From assembly GCF_037042905.1 (NCBI RefSeq), contig NC_087245.1:42658001-42722000 (forward strand): DNA of 64,000 nt, read 5' to 3'. Positions 24,301-39,300 of the stretch are shown here, piece after piece (the stretch's first letter is position 1; each line of letters begins with the position of its first letter). Below the pieces are notes generated by a model that was not told where the DNA came from, made no database searches, and saw nothing but the letters and a program-made list of their open reading frames with translations. The position numbers were made by a program, and so were the translations under genes. The DNA comes from Lytechinus pictus. Taxonomy: Eukaryota.

Positions 24301-27300
24301 GTTCATTCCCTTGCGATGTCAATTTTCTTCTTTCCTCTTCACTTTTTTGTGAGCTTGAGTATACCACTTATTCAAATGTTTTGATGAATATGTTTTATTG
24401 TTTAGTCAGTATTAATTTTTATTATCTTTCATTGTAACTGATTGATTAATCATTTCAAAGGTACAAATAGAGATAGCATTTAGATACATGTATGCGTGGT
24501 TAACCAATCAAAATGACTTCAACCCATTTCAGTATTTAATCTCTTGACATTTATTGTTACTATTAAATTGCAAGTTTACCTCGAAATAGATTGCTTTTAA
24601 TAAAGAAGAGAGTCAAAAGGGGCCTAAGCTTTCGATCCTAGCAGAATCTTCGTACGAGGCAAAATGACATACATATAAAGTGGAACAACCATAATATAGA
24701 CCACAGACATGCAACAGCAACACTAGAAACAAGGAGACAAAAAGGGCATTAGAGAGTTGCTTTTTAATAAAAGCAGAAAACAAAATCGAAAGAAAATTTG
24801 ATGACAACTCATCAAAGAATGAGGGAATCATGTATTTCCGAAGTTTCTAAACTGTGAAATCAGTCTCATTTATCAGGCATGATATTCTCTACTAAAATCG
24901 TAATTCCGATTAAAAAAAAATATATATATTTTTATTTTTTTAATGTGAAATCCTCTGCCCAAGAACATTCTCATGCTGTTTTTTACTGTTTTTTAAAGTC
25001 AAATGATAAAACTATCATGCAGACTCACCCTCGACTCACCTTCACTATCAATTTTTTTACTATGCAAGAGCTTGTAACCCCAACTGGGGCTCCTCGGACT
25101 TTGGCAGAGACCATTGGCTAAATCTTTTTTTCAGATGGGACTATCATGCCTGTTTTGTGTCATGAAATCCATAAACTCCTATTTTGTTATTCAAATGATG
25201 AATAAAAATATTTGATGACAAGGGGTGAGAAATGATGTGTCTGGTGCTGAAAATTTCAAATAAATTCAATTTACCTTGTAAATCGCATTTTTATATGAAA
25301 TGTGTATTAGATGATGTATGGGGGAACTGCTTGTTTGTGATGTCACAAAATAAAAAATAAAAATAATTGACACTCGGTTATTCTTTGATGGATTTTCACC
25401 AAACCCTTATACATTTCTTTTATTTTTCTGCTTGTATATTTAAACTTTATACCAGGATGTACTTTCCATCTAAAGGCATTGACTAACATTGATTTGACTT
25501 CAAAAAAACTTGCAATATAAAGTGACCAGAAATACCATCTTGATTTCATCACATACACTTATGTGTTCTATTATTATTATTGGCACGATAAGAAATTACA
25601 CAAAATCTTCGATTAAAAGCATTTCTTTTGATTTTTTTTGTTGGTTTCTGAGTTTCAAGGTTGATAGAAAGTCATCCATGTACATTGTACCTATTTCATC
25701 TCTCCTTTGTTTTTTTGCCTTTCTGCCTTTTGCCTTAATATTAGGGCTGTTATTGATGACGTCTTTATCGAAAGTCCTGTCGATAATCGCTTGTTTTTGC
25801 CATTTAGCGATACCGATAACCTTTCTCTCTTTGTTGATAATACCCGCTATTATGTAGGGACACTGATTTTCCGCGATTTCACGGAATTCACAAAAATGGC
25901 CCTTTGATAGTGGCTTTTCAAACGGAAAATCACATCAAACTGCACAGAACAGCAACAGAAATTACTCCAAAAATCTCATCAAAATACTAGCCACAAAACA
26001 CGATCTCACCCCCACTTCGCTATTTTTATAGCCAAGTGGGGGTGAGATCGTGACAATCCAAACATCGTGACTGCACTCGACTCCATGCATTCGATCGAAT
26101 CAAAAACATCACAAGCGCAAGCTCAACTAACGTAGAAGCAGCTTATCACGCAGCCTAGCCGTGTGTCGCTGCCCTCTACGTTCGAAGATGTACAGCACGA
26201 TATCACAATGGCAGATAGGCGAAAGACGTTGACTGCTCAGAACATTGTCCAAAAAGCCCCAAAATTATCCATAAAACTTCATCCAACCCTAAAATAATGC
26301 TAATAATGTGAAAGGTGAGGATGTATTTGTGCTAAATATGTTTGTTAAAAGATGCTATGTAGTCATTTACATCCGATGATTTTAAAGTGTCCTACAGTGG
26401 CAGATACAAATTTTGACCAACGCGAGTATGTGACATCGCTATAATGCTTAAAAAATGCATATTGATTATATTCTTTTGTCGAAAGTTATCGATATCGTTA
26501 AGATATTTTAACGTGATATCGACAGAGAATTTTCTCAACGATAACAGCCCTACTTAATATGCCTTTAACAACATACTGTATCTAATATCTAATTCAGTTA
26601 ATTTCTATATATTTCTTACCCATGGCATTCCTGAAAAGGACCAGAATTTGACAGTTCCTGTTCCAAGCAATGTCCAGACTCCCTCTCCAGCATCAGAGGT
26701 GACCTTTGACCTTTATTTGACCTCTCCTTTGACCCTTTAGTGTGCTGTGCCACCGCACCCATCCTGTAGCTGCATGCACCCGATCCACCGTGTAGTCCCA
26801 CTCATCTGCTTTCCAGTTCCTTTTGTTTCTTGTTTACAATCATTTGAATGCTATATTTGTCTGTCATCCACATTATAATTGCTACAAATTACTGATCCCT
26901 CTTTCATGAGACTTGTCAGTGACAAATAGAAGTTCTTGTTTCCTTGTTAGGTGTTGGAGTGGTATAATTTGATTGATGTAAACTCAAGTGAATTTTAAGG
27001 GAATAATAGCATTTGTCATTGATGACACGTTTTATGAAATAGGACCCTTGTTTCATAAAGTCTTTTTGTGTGCACCTTATGCACAACTGAAACAAAAAGA
27101 AGGAAAAAAAAAAGAGTACCAAAATTCAAGAAGCATAGAAATTTGCTATAAAACATTCTAATATTGATATTTGTTTTCATACATTTGATCACAATCCCTC
27201 ATATTGTGTCTACACCAAGTATTTATATTGTTAGCAGTACAGGGGCTTTATTTATACCAAGTGAGTCAGAAAACTCTTCACCTCATAACCTACAAAATTC

Positions 27301-30300
27301 AATTTAAAAACCAAGTTATGAATGCAGAACTATTATCACCATGGTACAGTGTGTAATATTTGATTGTAATTTTTCTTCATAAATGTAGGTCTTTTTTATA
27401 AACCATCATTTTGTTGTCACATATTTGCACCGATATACAGTATGTGGGATTATATGGTACTGCAGTGACCTTGGGGGTGTTTCATAAAAATTTAAGTATT
27501 ACTCAAAGTCGCACTTACATGTTAATGCCTGGTTGCGTGCGGTATAGAAGGCATGGCCCGGTGGTCAGATCATGCCAAGAGGGCGCACACTACTGCGTAT
27601 TGATCAATAAAATTACGTGTTGCAAATCATGTACATGTACTGTATGTGTCGGCATTTACGTGCGACTCTAAGTCATACTTAAATCTTTGTGAAACACCCC
27701 CTGGTCTTGAAAAAAATTGATAATCCGATCATCTAACATTACAAATGCTGAGCTAATTTGGTACTGATGTACATGTTTGAGCTGATTTTATTTCCTATTA
27801 TGAAGAAAAGGATAAGTGAATTCTCAGAATACCTTTTTGCTTGAGCATATTTTAGCTCTGACATCATGTGCGCTTAGTGAAAGTTACAAGAAAAGTTTTA
27901 TATAAGATACTTTTCTGAATATTGATTTTATCAGTACTATGAAGATACAAGAATATTTGTGTTTGGACAGTTTTCAGAATTCCGCCCCTGGTCTGAAATG
28001 CGGGCTACTTGTAAATGAAATTGTATCTAGTTGTCAGTTCATCTAGCTACTTGAACCTAACAGAAGAGGCCAACAAATATCTACATCTATTTTAATACTT
28101 GTAGAACACAACTTCAGAACTTTTTTTTACTTTGTACCATTGTACCATACACATTGCTACAAGTACATCTGCACATTGTATCATGTGATCCTTTGAGCTA
28201 TTTTGCACTTTGCAGCATCTTTATGACAGCATATCATCATTTCTTCAGCTTTCATCAGTGTGCTGATACTTGTAAGAATTGCTGTTCCTTTGAAATATGT
28301 ATGATAATTCTATTCCATTCTAAACATTGGAATACAACCTTAGTTAATTTGTAATTTGTCTTTGACATGTTTTTTCCTTTGCATCTAATAGGATGAAGAT
28401 CCGTTTTACGAATCTCAAGAAAATCACTGCCTCATCGGGGTTGCTAATGTCTTCCTAGAAGTGCTATTTCATGACGTGAAACTCAACTACGGTGTGCCGA
28501 TCATCAGCCAACAAGGAGAGGTATGGACATAAAGGATTGCTATGATCAATGCAAGGAATGTTGTTGGATTATTAGTACAAACTAATGGAGACTAGATCAA
28601 CGTTAATTGCTTGGCTATTTTTTTACACTATTCTTAATATTGAAGTATTGCTGATGGTTATTGAATGTACATGTATATTTCCTTTTCTGTTATTGCATTA
28701 AGATTAATTGTTTTCTTACTTCTTAGCAGTTATATGCGAGTCTCAGCAATCATAACAATAATAAGAACATCTGAATCTGACTTTAGTGTAACTTTTGACA
28801 GCCATAATTGGGGTCTTCCATAGGAGAATATAAACACTTTCAGTGGATTTGCAATGAGCCATGTCTACTGCTAAGTCAATGTATAAATTATTAGGCATAC
28901 CAGTACTTGCAGTCCCCAGTTATAAATTACCATAAAACAGCGCCCAAACTAATTGGTCTATGATGTTGTCTATCTAGAAGCATCCTGTTCCAAATGTCCA
29001 TTTGCAGTCCAAAAGATATGAAATATGGGTGAACTGATCATGAATCTTTGAACATTATTGCTCTCCCTTGGACAGCTGGTTGAGAAACTGAAAATGGAGA
29101 TCTAAATCATCTTAAATATGTAGATCTAAAATTGTATTTTGTATCTCTTTTGCTTAATAAAAATAGTAATAACAATGCTCATGATTATGATGATGATGAT
29201 GGTTGTCATTATTATGGTGATGATGATTATGATGATGATGTTGATGATGATGGTGATGATGATGATGGTTGTCATTATTATGGTGGTGATGATGATGACG
29301 ATGATGATGGAGGTGGTGGTGGTTGTTTTGATGATGATGATGATGTGGGTCTCATTAAAATGTGAGATATATCAGATCATATAGAGGTCAATGGTTGTTT
29401 TATATTTTACTAACAGGTTGCTGGGAAACTAAACATAGAGATCCAAAGGATAAGTGGGTCTATACCAGATGTGAGTGGAGAAGAAGAGTCTACCACCTCT
29501 AACGGTAGTTCTGGAGGATCAGAAGGGGCGGAAGAACCGGACCCTGAGGGAAGCCTAGCAGTAGGAGCACCTCTCACCTGCAGGGTAAGTAATGTCCGTA
29601 TTGTAAGCCTTTGTCTTCCAGTTCATTCATTTTCTTGGGGTTCATGGCTGGCAGGTATCAAACATGTGAATTGAATTAGAATCCTTTTCAATTACACATA
29701 TTTATATAAAACCTGTATGGCGCCTTGTATGGTTGTAAAGTGTCAATGGCTTTATTCATTGATTTATTAATTCATATTCCAGAAATTATTCATTACATTT
29801 CAATCTTTGGAAAAGATATATCATCTGCATGAAATATGCAGATTTTGACATGTACCTATAAAATGAAAAAGTGGAGGGGTCTACTGAAAACCAAAGCTTG
29901 TAAGATGTAGGTCCCCTATCAAAATGACAAATTATATAAAAATATACCAGGCTTTGAGTAAGTATAGCGGGAATTATTCCTCCAAGGTTGGACAGGCATT
30001 ATTATTTCACCCCGAGGGGCAAAGCTCCAAGGGAAAAATAGGCATTTTGCCAGTACAACCGAAGAGGAATAATTCCCGCTTTACTTACTCTAGTTCTTGT
30101 AATCGTATAAATTAATTTATATATCAATAAACACTTTAATATGTATTTTATGAACGATAGGGAAAGTAAAGTGCATAATTCTTTTGAACAACAGGAATAT
30201 AAAGTGCAGAAATGTGATTTAAAATTGGTTGTTGACATTTTTATCTTAATAAAACATTATGCACCACCAGCCAAACTTTGAAGAGGGTAACATAGGAATC

Positions 30301-33300
30301 AGCATGTTGTCAGCCAGGCAGGTGGTCCATCTGTCTTTGGTAAATTGGAAGAACCAAACCATTTTGTTTTTTCCAACTAGGCACACGCATTGATTTGAAG
30401 ACATATATATGTAAGACTAAAAGTAAAATGAGTGTGTTAGATACTTCAAAGTGCCATGTTTCAAGCATATTGTGGAATATAAGAGATAGAAAATATTGAT
30501 TAGGCATTGCCTACATCCTAGTCACTGCATGTATAATGTACATAAATAACCTTACCTCTAATAACCTTGCTCATTCTTGTCATATTCTTTTATCCACAGT
30601 TAAAAATCAAGGAAGCCTACGATCTACCACTGAGTCTAGCCCATTTTGTCTTCTGCCAGTATACATTTTTTGGCAAAGATGGTCCTACTGTAGTCCCACC
30701 CTATATAAATCCTGATGTTGATGACGAACCTGGAAGGGGCCCCGAAGCTATGAAGGGTGTTATGAAGTTCAACCATACAAAGGTACTTGAAACTTTTTCT
30801 GTGTCTTACTTCTTTGAGAATCCTTTGTATACATTTGATATTTTAATTTGTCTATATTCTAGATTGTTCTATTAGGAACCCTAATGCTTGTTAAAATGCA
30901 TTGTTAATAATCCACATTCTATGTGATCCTGAATACCTTGTGTATTTCACATTCGAGTTGGGAGTCCAACATTGTAAATTTCAATATTGCAAACTTTTTT
31001 CTGTTCAAATCTTGGACAAATCAATTTTTAGTACACCTGTTCCGAGAAACTTCTTGTTTTCTGCAAATAAATTGAGGAAAAGGGACCCTGACAAGCATTG
31101 TTTACTTTTCAAAGCTTAGCCTTTGAATTATCAAGAATGTGATTTTATAAAAAAGTATTAAACTATCAGAGATTTATATGTTTAAAATTATATATTTATC
31201 CAGCGGCATGTACAATTTTCAGTCTTTCAGAGAACAATTTTGCTAGAGATATCCAACTAACATAATTATCCAACTTACAGTACCTGTAATTTGTTACTAA
31301 CTTTGGTTGCAAATAAACCTGACTTACTCTAACTTAGGATTGTGTAACAAACGCATTGCAAGTCTAATCTTGAAAACAAGCTAGGAATATTGTTGTATTT
31401 TCACACTTTTTTATTTGGTTGTCCAGGAATTTAGATATGTGATGGTTTAGAAAATCGAGCCCTGAACTCTAAGGCCCGTATTCTGAAGTCAGGTTTAACT
31501 TAGACCATGGTCTAACTCTGTACTAAAATTATGGGAAGCCAAAAGAGTCAAAATTTCAAAGTTGTATGTATTTTATGTTTGCTGTGCTCTATTCTGATTC
31601 ATCGATGGAGAAGACAATCATCTTTTCATACTTCCTTGACAATTATGAATGATTTGAGAGCCAAACGAGCTGAAATATGATATCTCTACTGTTATTGATT
31701 TATGTAACAATTGGCTATCCATACTTAAACCACAACTTTAAACCTGAGTTTAAGTTAAACACGACTTCAGAATACGGGCCTAATAGTCTTACTTGGTAAT
31801 GTTACAGATTGATGGGATATCTGTATCTCTTGCAGGAATTCACAGTGAATGTGACAGAAGAGTTCATAGAGCACGCCCTCGAGGGATCACTAGCTGTGGA
31901 GGTGTGGGGTCATCGTGTCGGCAACCATGGCCTCGTCTCCAAACCTGGCTGGGAGATTGACAGCTTGCATTCCAAGTCAAGATCGCTGGCCGATCGGTAT
32001 GAAATGATGTCTTTACTATCAACAACATTTTTTTCAGTTGATGTTTTTTCAAGGGCTGTTGACTTGATGTCTGTCATTCCCTATATCTCTTCCATTCCCA
32101 TGCATCCTCTTCATTTTATAAACAATGTATTTTCTTTACCACATCCTTCCATTTTGTGTATACTCTCCTTGCCTGTTCTGATTCTTCCTGTATATTTTCT
32201 TCAATTCTCTCCTGTGATATACCATTGTCAACAGTGACTTTTCCATATTAATCCTCTCTCTCTTTTAATCACTTCCTCAAGTTTCTTTAGAAGCCACAGT
32301 CTTTGTTCATTTTCCTTTTTTTTGGTTTTCTTTTTTTACAACAGTTATGTGTCTCTCCATATCTAAACCTAAATCCTTGGCCAAAGCAAATCATAAAGTT
32401 TGAGAGAACATGTAGGGAGTGATTGTTACCAGTGAAATTGATCACAGTTGAAGCAGTTTTTAGCTATGTGTACCTCGTCAATAGTCTGAGCTGCGTCTTT
32501 TAGCATGAACAGGCGCGAATCCAGAGTCGGACTTTACTGAGGCTTATTAATGCACGGAAAGCGTGCCAACACTTAGAGAGCGTGCAAAGTGGGGAGGATG
32601 CAGGGAGGGGGAGTTTTTTTTTAATCTCCTCAAAAATCAACTCAAAAGAAGATGTATCTTGCATCTTTTGAAGAAAACTGAAACTAGGCGAATTGTTAAA
32701 TAAAGAGTGATGAGAAAGAGAACGGGAGAAGAGAGAGAGAGAGAGAGAGAAGACAGACAATGCAACATAAATATACACTGTACAAGTAATTTTTGCAATA
32801 AAATTACTCAATATGATTTTCTAATGTTTTGTGTCCCTTTTATACTTTTGTGTATTCTCTTAAATTTCTCGATTGTTATTGTCTAAAAATTGACCATCTG
32901 AAATTCATGAAAAACCATATCAAATATTTCCTTGCATTATTTTGAGTTTTCAACACAAAACCCTTTGCTTACATGTAGAAAACGAATACGTTTTACATGT
33001 ATCACCTATGACCTACTTTCAAGAATTGAACTTGCCATGACGCTTCACATCCTTCCATTAAAAGAATTGACCTTCTATGTTATTTGACACATTGTTTCTA
33101 TTGTATCGATCATTTTCTTGCTTTAATTGACCTACTCCATTGCTCTGATGGAATTAAATGTATCAGCTTTTGCAAGTTAATCATTTTGAAATTGATATAA
33201 TATTATTTTTTTAAATGAAAGTTTTAATCTGCAAGTTTCCAGCATTTAGCAATTACATTAAAATTGAACCTTCTGTTTTTTAAGAAATAATACAAACCCA

Positions 33301-36300
33301 TGCTTATGCATGGATTTTGCCTGATGCAAATTCACATAAATTGTCAAATTACCCTCACCTTTTAATATAGATAAACAGGAGCGGATCCAGCTTTCATTAT
33401 TTTTTTTTGGGGGGGGATTTCAACCAAATTTTCCCAGATTGGCCGCTCAAAGTTGATATTTGTTAGTTTCTTTGAAGGTAGTCCTACAACAGTCACTTTT
33501 TAGCTATTATAATCTCATAAGCCCTATTTAAAAGGTAGAAGCGCGAGCTGAAATTATAGGAAATTTCATGTATTTTGTCCTTAATATTGAACATTCTGAG
33601 CAATGTATTTGATCCTGAACAGATGCGTATGTAACTATAGGCCTATAATTACTAATTACTGCGAGTACGAAGCGCTAGCAGAAAATATTTGATATTCCGA
33701 TCCGAAATAGGATCAATTTAAGCACTATTTCAAGTACTTTGTAGGAAAAATCTGAAGTGGATATGGACTGCACTTAAGAAAAGATGTGAGCGAGAAGCAC
33801 AAGCTGATATTTTTGTAATTATTATTTTGACCTAGAAACGGGAAAATCTAAGGTTATTTTGTCATCATATTTGATGAAAATGATGACTATATATCTTCCT
33901 ACATGTATTACTTTTCCTCTAAGGGCAAGATAAAACTTGTCGATATTTTTTTTTGAAAAAAATGAAAATTTTATTAGTAAGGATTCATGAAAATGTTACT
34001 ATCTTGCTATTAATCTAATACCCTAAATGAGAGTGCAAAATTTGTTGATATTTAGGCCTGAAAACTTGACATTTTAAGCACTTTTGTAATTTTGAATAGG
34101 ATGCAAGGTTTAACATATTTTTAACAATTAATGTGAGCGCAAATCGCTAGCCAAAATTTTTGATAAAACGTCACTGAGGAAAATGGGATTTTAAGTAGTT
34201 TGTTGTAGAATTACAATAGAGGTTTACATTACTCACCAATCAAAATGCGAGCACGCAGCGCTAGCTGATTGGTTTTGATAATCAAACCTGAAATGGGATA
34301 TTTTGAGAATCTTATGAAACACACAAAGAGAAAAGGTACTTGACAAATTGAATAATGCGAGCGCGCAGCGCGGGCTGTTAATGTTAATACTCAGACAATA
34401 AAACTGACATTTTACAGAACACTTTTTAAAAATCAATTTGTAAATCAAACAAAATACTGAAAGCTCGATGTCCGAACTGAAATATGATTTGTATATTGAC
34501 TCTAATACTTGATATTTTAAGTTCCAGATCAGCTTATTGAGAAAGATGTGTATCTTATCGAATTACAATGCGAGCGAAACTTTTTGTAGTGACATGAAAG
34601 ATGTTTTTTTCCAAGTCTTCCCCTCACCTTATTTTATTCACTCGCCTTCCTCCTCTTTTTTTTCTCCTTTCTTTTCCCTTTCCTATTTTTCTCTCTTTTT
34701 TTTTGGTTGAAATCCTATGGGGGGCACGTGCACCCTTAGGCCCTCCCCCCTTGGATCTGCACCTGATAAATCCTGCTCTTAAGGCACTATTTTTTTTATC
34801 ATAGTGGCTTTCTTGCATTTCTCATTGATTTGTTTGTGCCAATGAAAAGTGAGAATTAATAACAAAAAGATGTTTATGTGGCTCTGACTTTTGAACAGGT
34901 ATTTTATTCACACCCTCGATGAGTAATCATGTTGTGCCCTTTATGTAGTAAACAATCATAGCTTTTAATGTCTATTGTTGAAATCCTGTTGACATTCATG
35001 ATGCTTTGTTTGCATGTCAGCTTGCATCTTGTGCATGTAGTCATTGTACATATTGTACAGTATGTTTGCCTATATCCCCATCTCACCCACCTTAAAAGTT
35101 ACCATTTCAAACGTAGGTCAGATTATTTTTTACCCTTAATTTTTGAGGATCATTGATCACAATTCTGTTGAGCATTTGGACCATGTCAAAAGTTAATACA
35201 TGTATGTATTAAAAAATTTAGCAATGTTGGTTGTTTTCTGAAAAACGTATTGTTGGCAAAAGTCTTTTGTATTTCATACTATCATAACAAACATGGAGAC
35301 GCACACACAGGTTCTAACTGGTGTGTATAATTGCCTTGGATAGTTGTACAAGCTTTGAAGCATGTCAAAATTAAGGTTTTCAATCATACAAAAAAAAGTG
35401 CTGTGCATACATTCAGCCGGTGAAATTGCATCAATCATACAATATTAAAACCCATATCATCTCATAGGATTGAAGTGGATAGATGACCAAATAAGGAGTC
35501 TCCCTCCAGTTTAAGTTTAGAATTGATTATAACTTTTTGTGAGCCAGGTTAAAACAATCATTTCCTTTTGTCTGCATTTATGTAGTTATGTTATATGTAT
35601 AATGACTAGTTTTCACAGTCGCACAGGGATGTAATTATTCAAAATGAATTAATAAGCTCTGAATCATTTCAAAGGGGCTATAAAATTATTTTGGTTTGAA
35701 GGCATTGCCAGATATTGTTCTGGTGCCTCTGCAATAATTATTCACAGAAATTTCTTGAACTATTAAAAAATATTATTACTATAAAAAGTACATGGATATT
35801 TGGCAGTGCTTCTTGACCACAACACATATTTATGATTTTGGGTGATTTATAAATAGATGTTGGACTTTTCAATCTTTGTACAATTGCTCCTTTGATTGTT
35901 TTGCTCTGTGAAAACTGGTCTGTACTGCTTTGCTCATTCCTACATGTTTCCTCCATTAAATTGAGCATGCGACCAATCTTGATGTTTTTGTTTTTTTGTA
36001 AATTCCTGCATGATTTCTCAAATTATTAGACCAGTGGCTGAGTATGAAAGTTTTGGGTAAGTATCCAATGAGTTGATTCGTGCAGATAATTAGATTTTGC
36101 ACCAGCACAAAGATAGAGATACTAACAGCATGTGGATACTAACATTGCAATATTAATTCATTCTCACTATTTTCACATTTCTCCAAGTATATACATGTCC
36201 TCAGAAGTCATACAATGCTAACTAGTTTTGGTTATTGTAAAGAAGCAAATGTTGAGGGATTTTAAAAATTATTTCATCACAGTTTTCAGTATTCTAACAA

Positions 36301-39300
36301 TGTTAACTTTTTGTAAAAAAATTTAAACACTTTAATTAGTTTTGGATGATGACTAATTATCTCAACATGTAATATCACTGAATGTTTCTTAATCTAATAT
36401 GTAATTATTCTAGTGCAACTTAGATCACTGCTGATTATTTTGTTTACTTCCAACATTTATTTGGTTACAATGATTGAAAAAGGGAACTTTAGAGTATGGT
36501 GTGATGTGTGTTTTTTCTTTCCATATTGTCTTGCAATGTCTGACATCCAAAATATCTTGCAACTGGGGGGGGGGGGGGGGGCAGAATCAATTTATTGTAG
36601 AAATTTGTAAACTTGAAAATATAGAATGTAAAGTTTGATATGTAGAATATGGTATACTTTATGCATAATTAACCACACTACAGCTTTATTCAAATATGTG
36701 AGATAGTTTAGAAGTTTGTTGTAGTATCAAATCTATCTTGAAAATAAAATTTGATATACCTGATGCCTTAGCAGTACACCTGAGTTAATCTGCACTTGTT
36801 CTATAGAACTGCCAACAATATTCATATGCTTATAAATGGAGTTCATAACATTGTGTGATTCACTGCGCATTCTAATACACTGCAGATTTAGCTGTTGATC
36901 CACATGGCATAGCATTTGAAGTGACTTTTTCTGGAATATGCTTTGTTTCTATAATGATATGATGATAACAAATAACTTTGAGATGAAATGAAAATTCTCA
37001 GTAGATAATAAGTGATGTACTCTATTTGTTGAAATGGTTTTCACAAGACCTTATTGCAAGAATAGATTTGTTACAGAGGTAATTAATTCTCATAATGCCA
37101 TCGCTGGTTCTTCAAATCACCAATCTATACTTCATCTAACCCCCCCCCCCCTTTCCCTGCCTTCAAGAGTCTTTGACATTTCCTTCTGTTTTTTATTGAA
37201 CTTTCAGTTTTAACCCTGGGCTAAAAAAACTAATCCGAGAAATGTTGAGATATGTTCAACTTTTCATGTGGACTCAAAACAGAGGCAACCCATGTTAGGA
37301 AGGTCCAATATTTAGGGAGATTGAAGTTTGACAGTTCTGTTCATATCAGAATGCATACAACATTTGGTGAATTTGAGAAATTATATTTGGATATTTTTGT
37401 GACCGTCTCTCTACATTTCATTCACTTTGTAGATGGACTGAGTTAATAAGGAAGATTGAGCTTTGGGTTGAGATACATGAATTGAATGAACAAGGTGAAT
37501 ACGTACCTGTCGAGAGCCATACCAAGCCTGAGGTTCTAACCGGAGGCATCTTCCAAATCAGACAGGTAAGAAGATCAAATCAGGCTAGTGTTTCATAAAA
37601 CTGTTTTTGTTAATCGTATACAAGGCACTAAGTGGCCGAGCCCCCAGCTATATTTCTGAGCTTTTACAAAGAAAAGTTCACAGACACTGTCACAACCTGC
37701 GCAGTTCTCATGATAATTTGCTCCTTCACATCCCCACTCGTAATACAAAGATAACTTTGGGAGATTGTAGTTTCGCCTGTGCAGCCCCAAAATGATGGAA
37801 TGGTTTGCCATATGCAATAAGATCCTGTCCATCAGTAGAAACGTTCAAACTTAGACTAAAACCTATCTGTTCAAATAATTCCCATACATGTACATTTTTT
37901 AGATCTGTTCTCAAGCATTTGACAAGCTCTTAATTGCAGCGCAGTAGAATATATGCACATAGATTCTGCGCTATATAAATTAGTATATTATTATTATTGT
38001 AGCTTATGCATTACTTAACACATGATCTGGTGATGTGATGGATATTCCATAAACTGTTTGTATTAGTGACTGGTGACCATTTCATTGTTCTAAATCATGT
38101 TTTCATAACTTGTTTTTTCATCAGCTCAAGTTGAATTCTGATATGTATACATGTAGATTAATATCTCATTGTTGAAAAGCATATAAGTATTCGGTATTAA
38201 AGGAATGATAGAAAATTCAGTGCTATAGTATTTAAACAGAAATGTTTGGTTTTTGGGGTCCTGTTTCATAAAGGCTTGTTATAATACAAATTCACAATTT
38301 CTGATAAAAAATCAGCCAATCAAATCAAATGAGTTTAGAAGCTTAAATCTTTTTTTAATATTACAATTTGGTTTTATGAAATGATTTAGCACAAGAAAGG
38401 ATTTCCAATTGTGCATTAAGTTATAAAGCTATATGAAATGCCTCCTGGTAATAATTGTGGAATGCCACTATGGAGTGTTCTATTTAACTGGCAAGACCAC
38501 TATCATTATCAATATTATTATTTATGGAAATTGTTTGTTTATCAGGGTCACTCTCGGAGGATACTAGTGAGGGTAAAACCAGTCCAGAACTCTGGGACAC
38601 TACCAATCATCTGTGAAGCCATTACGTCGATCTCCGTTGGTAGCATCTGCGCTCGCTCCAAGCTCCAGAAGGGTCTAGATAGCTACCAAGACGGAGACCT
38701 GACCAGGCTGAGGGAGAGATGGTCGGACGCCCTGATGAAGAGGAGAGAGTATCTTGATGAACAGATTCATAAAATTATGCATAAACCGGGTAAGAACTAG
38801 TGCCTCAGTTTTCAACTGATGCTCATGACACATATGTTTCTTTGAGTGAAGACATGCAAAAAAGCATGTATTGAATGTGTTGGAAACTATATTGCTAGGG
38901 TAACGGTATATTATGACAATATAGTCATCATAGGGCAAAAACATTCATCACCTTCATTTATATTTCCTCAGTTGTAATAGGGACTGTTGTCAAGAGGGTT
39001 ATATGGGGATGGAATAATTTTTAGAAATATGCAAATGACTAAATTTTAAATTTACATTTTGTGCATATATTTTTATGAATTCCAAGTTTGGCTACTGGAG
39101 CAATATTGTTCATTTGTCAAGGCATTGATTTACATTTGCCACACTTGACCTTGGATAGATAAATGTGATATGCACTCTATAAAATAATACAAAATATCAT
39201 AATAGGGTAATTCCATAAAGTATTTTAATTACTCTGACCCATCTGCATGTATATGCGGGACTTTCTGGAAATCATAGGTCTCTGTTTTCTACTTTGTATA

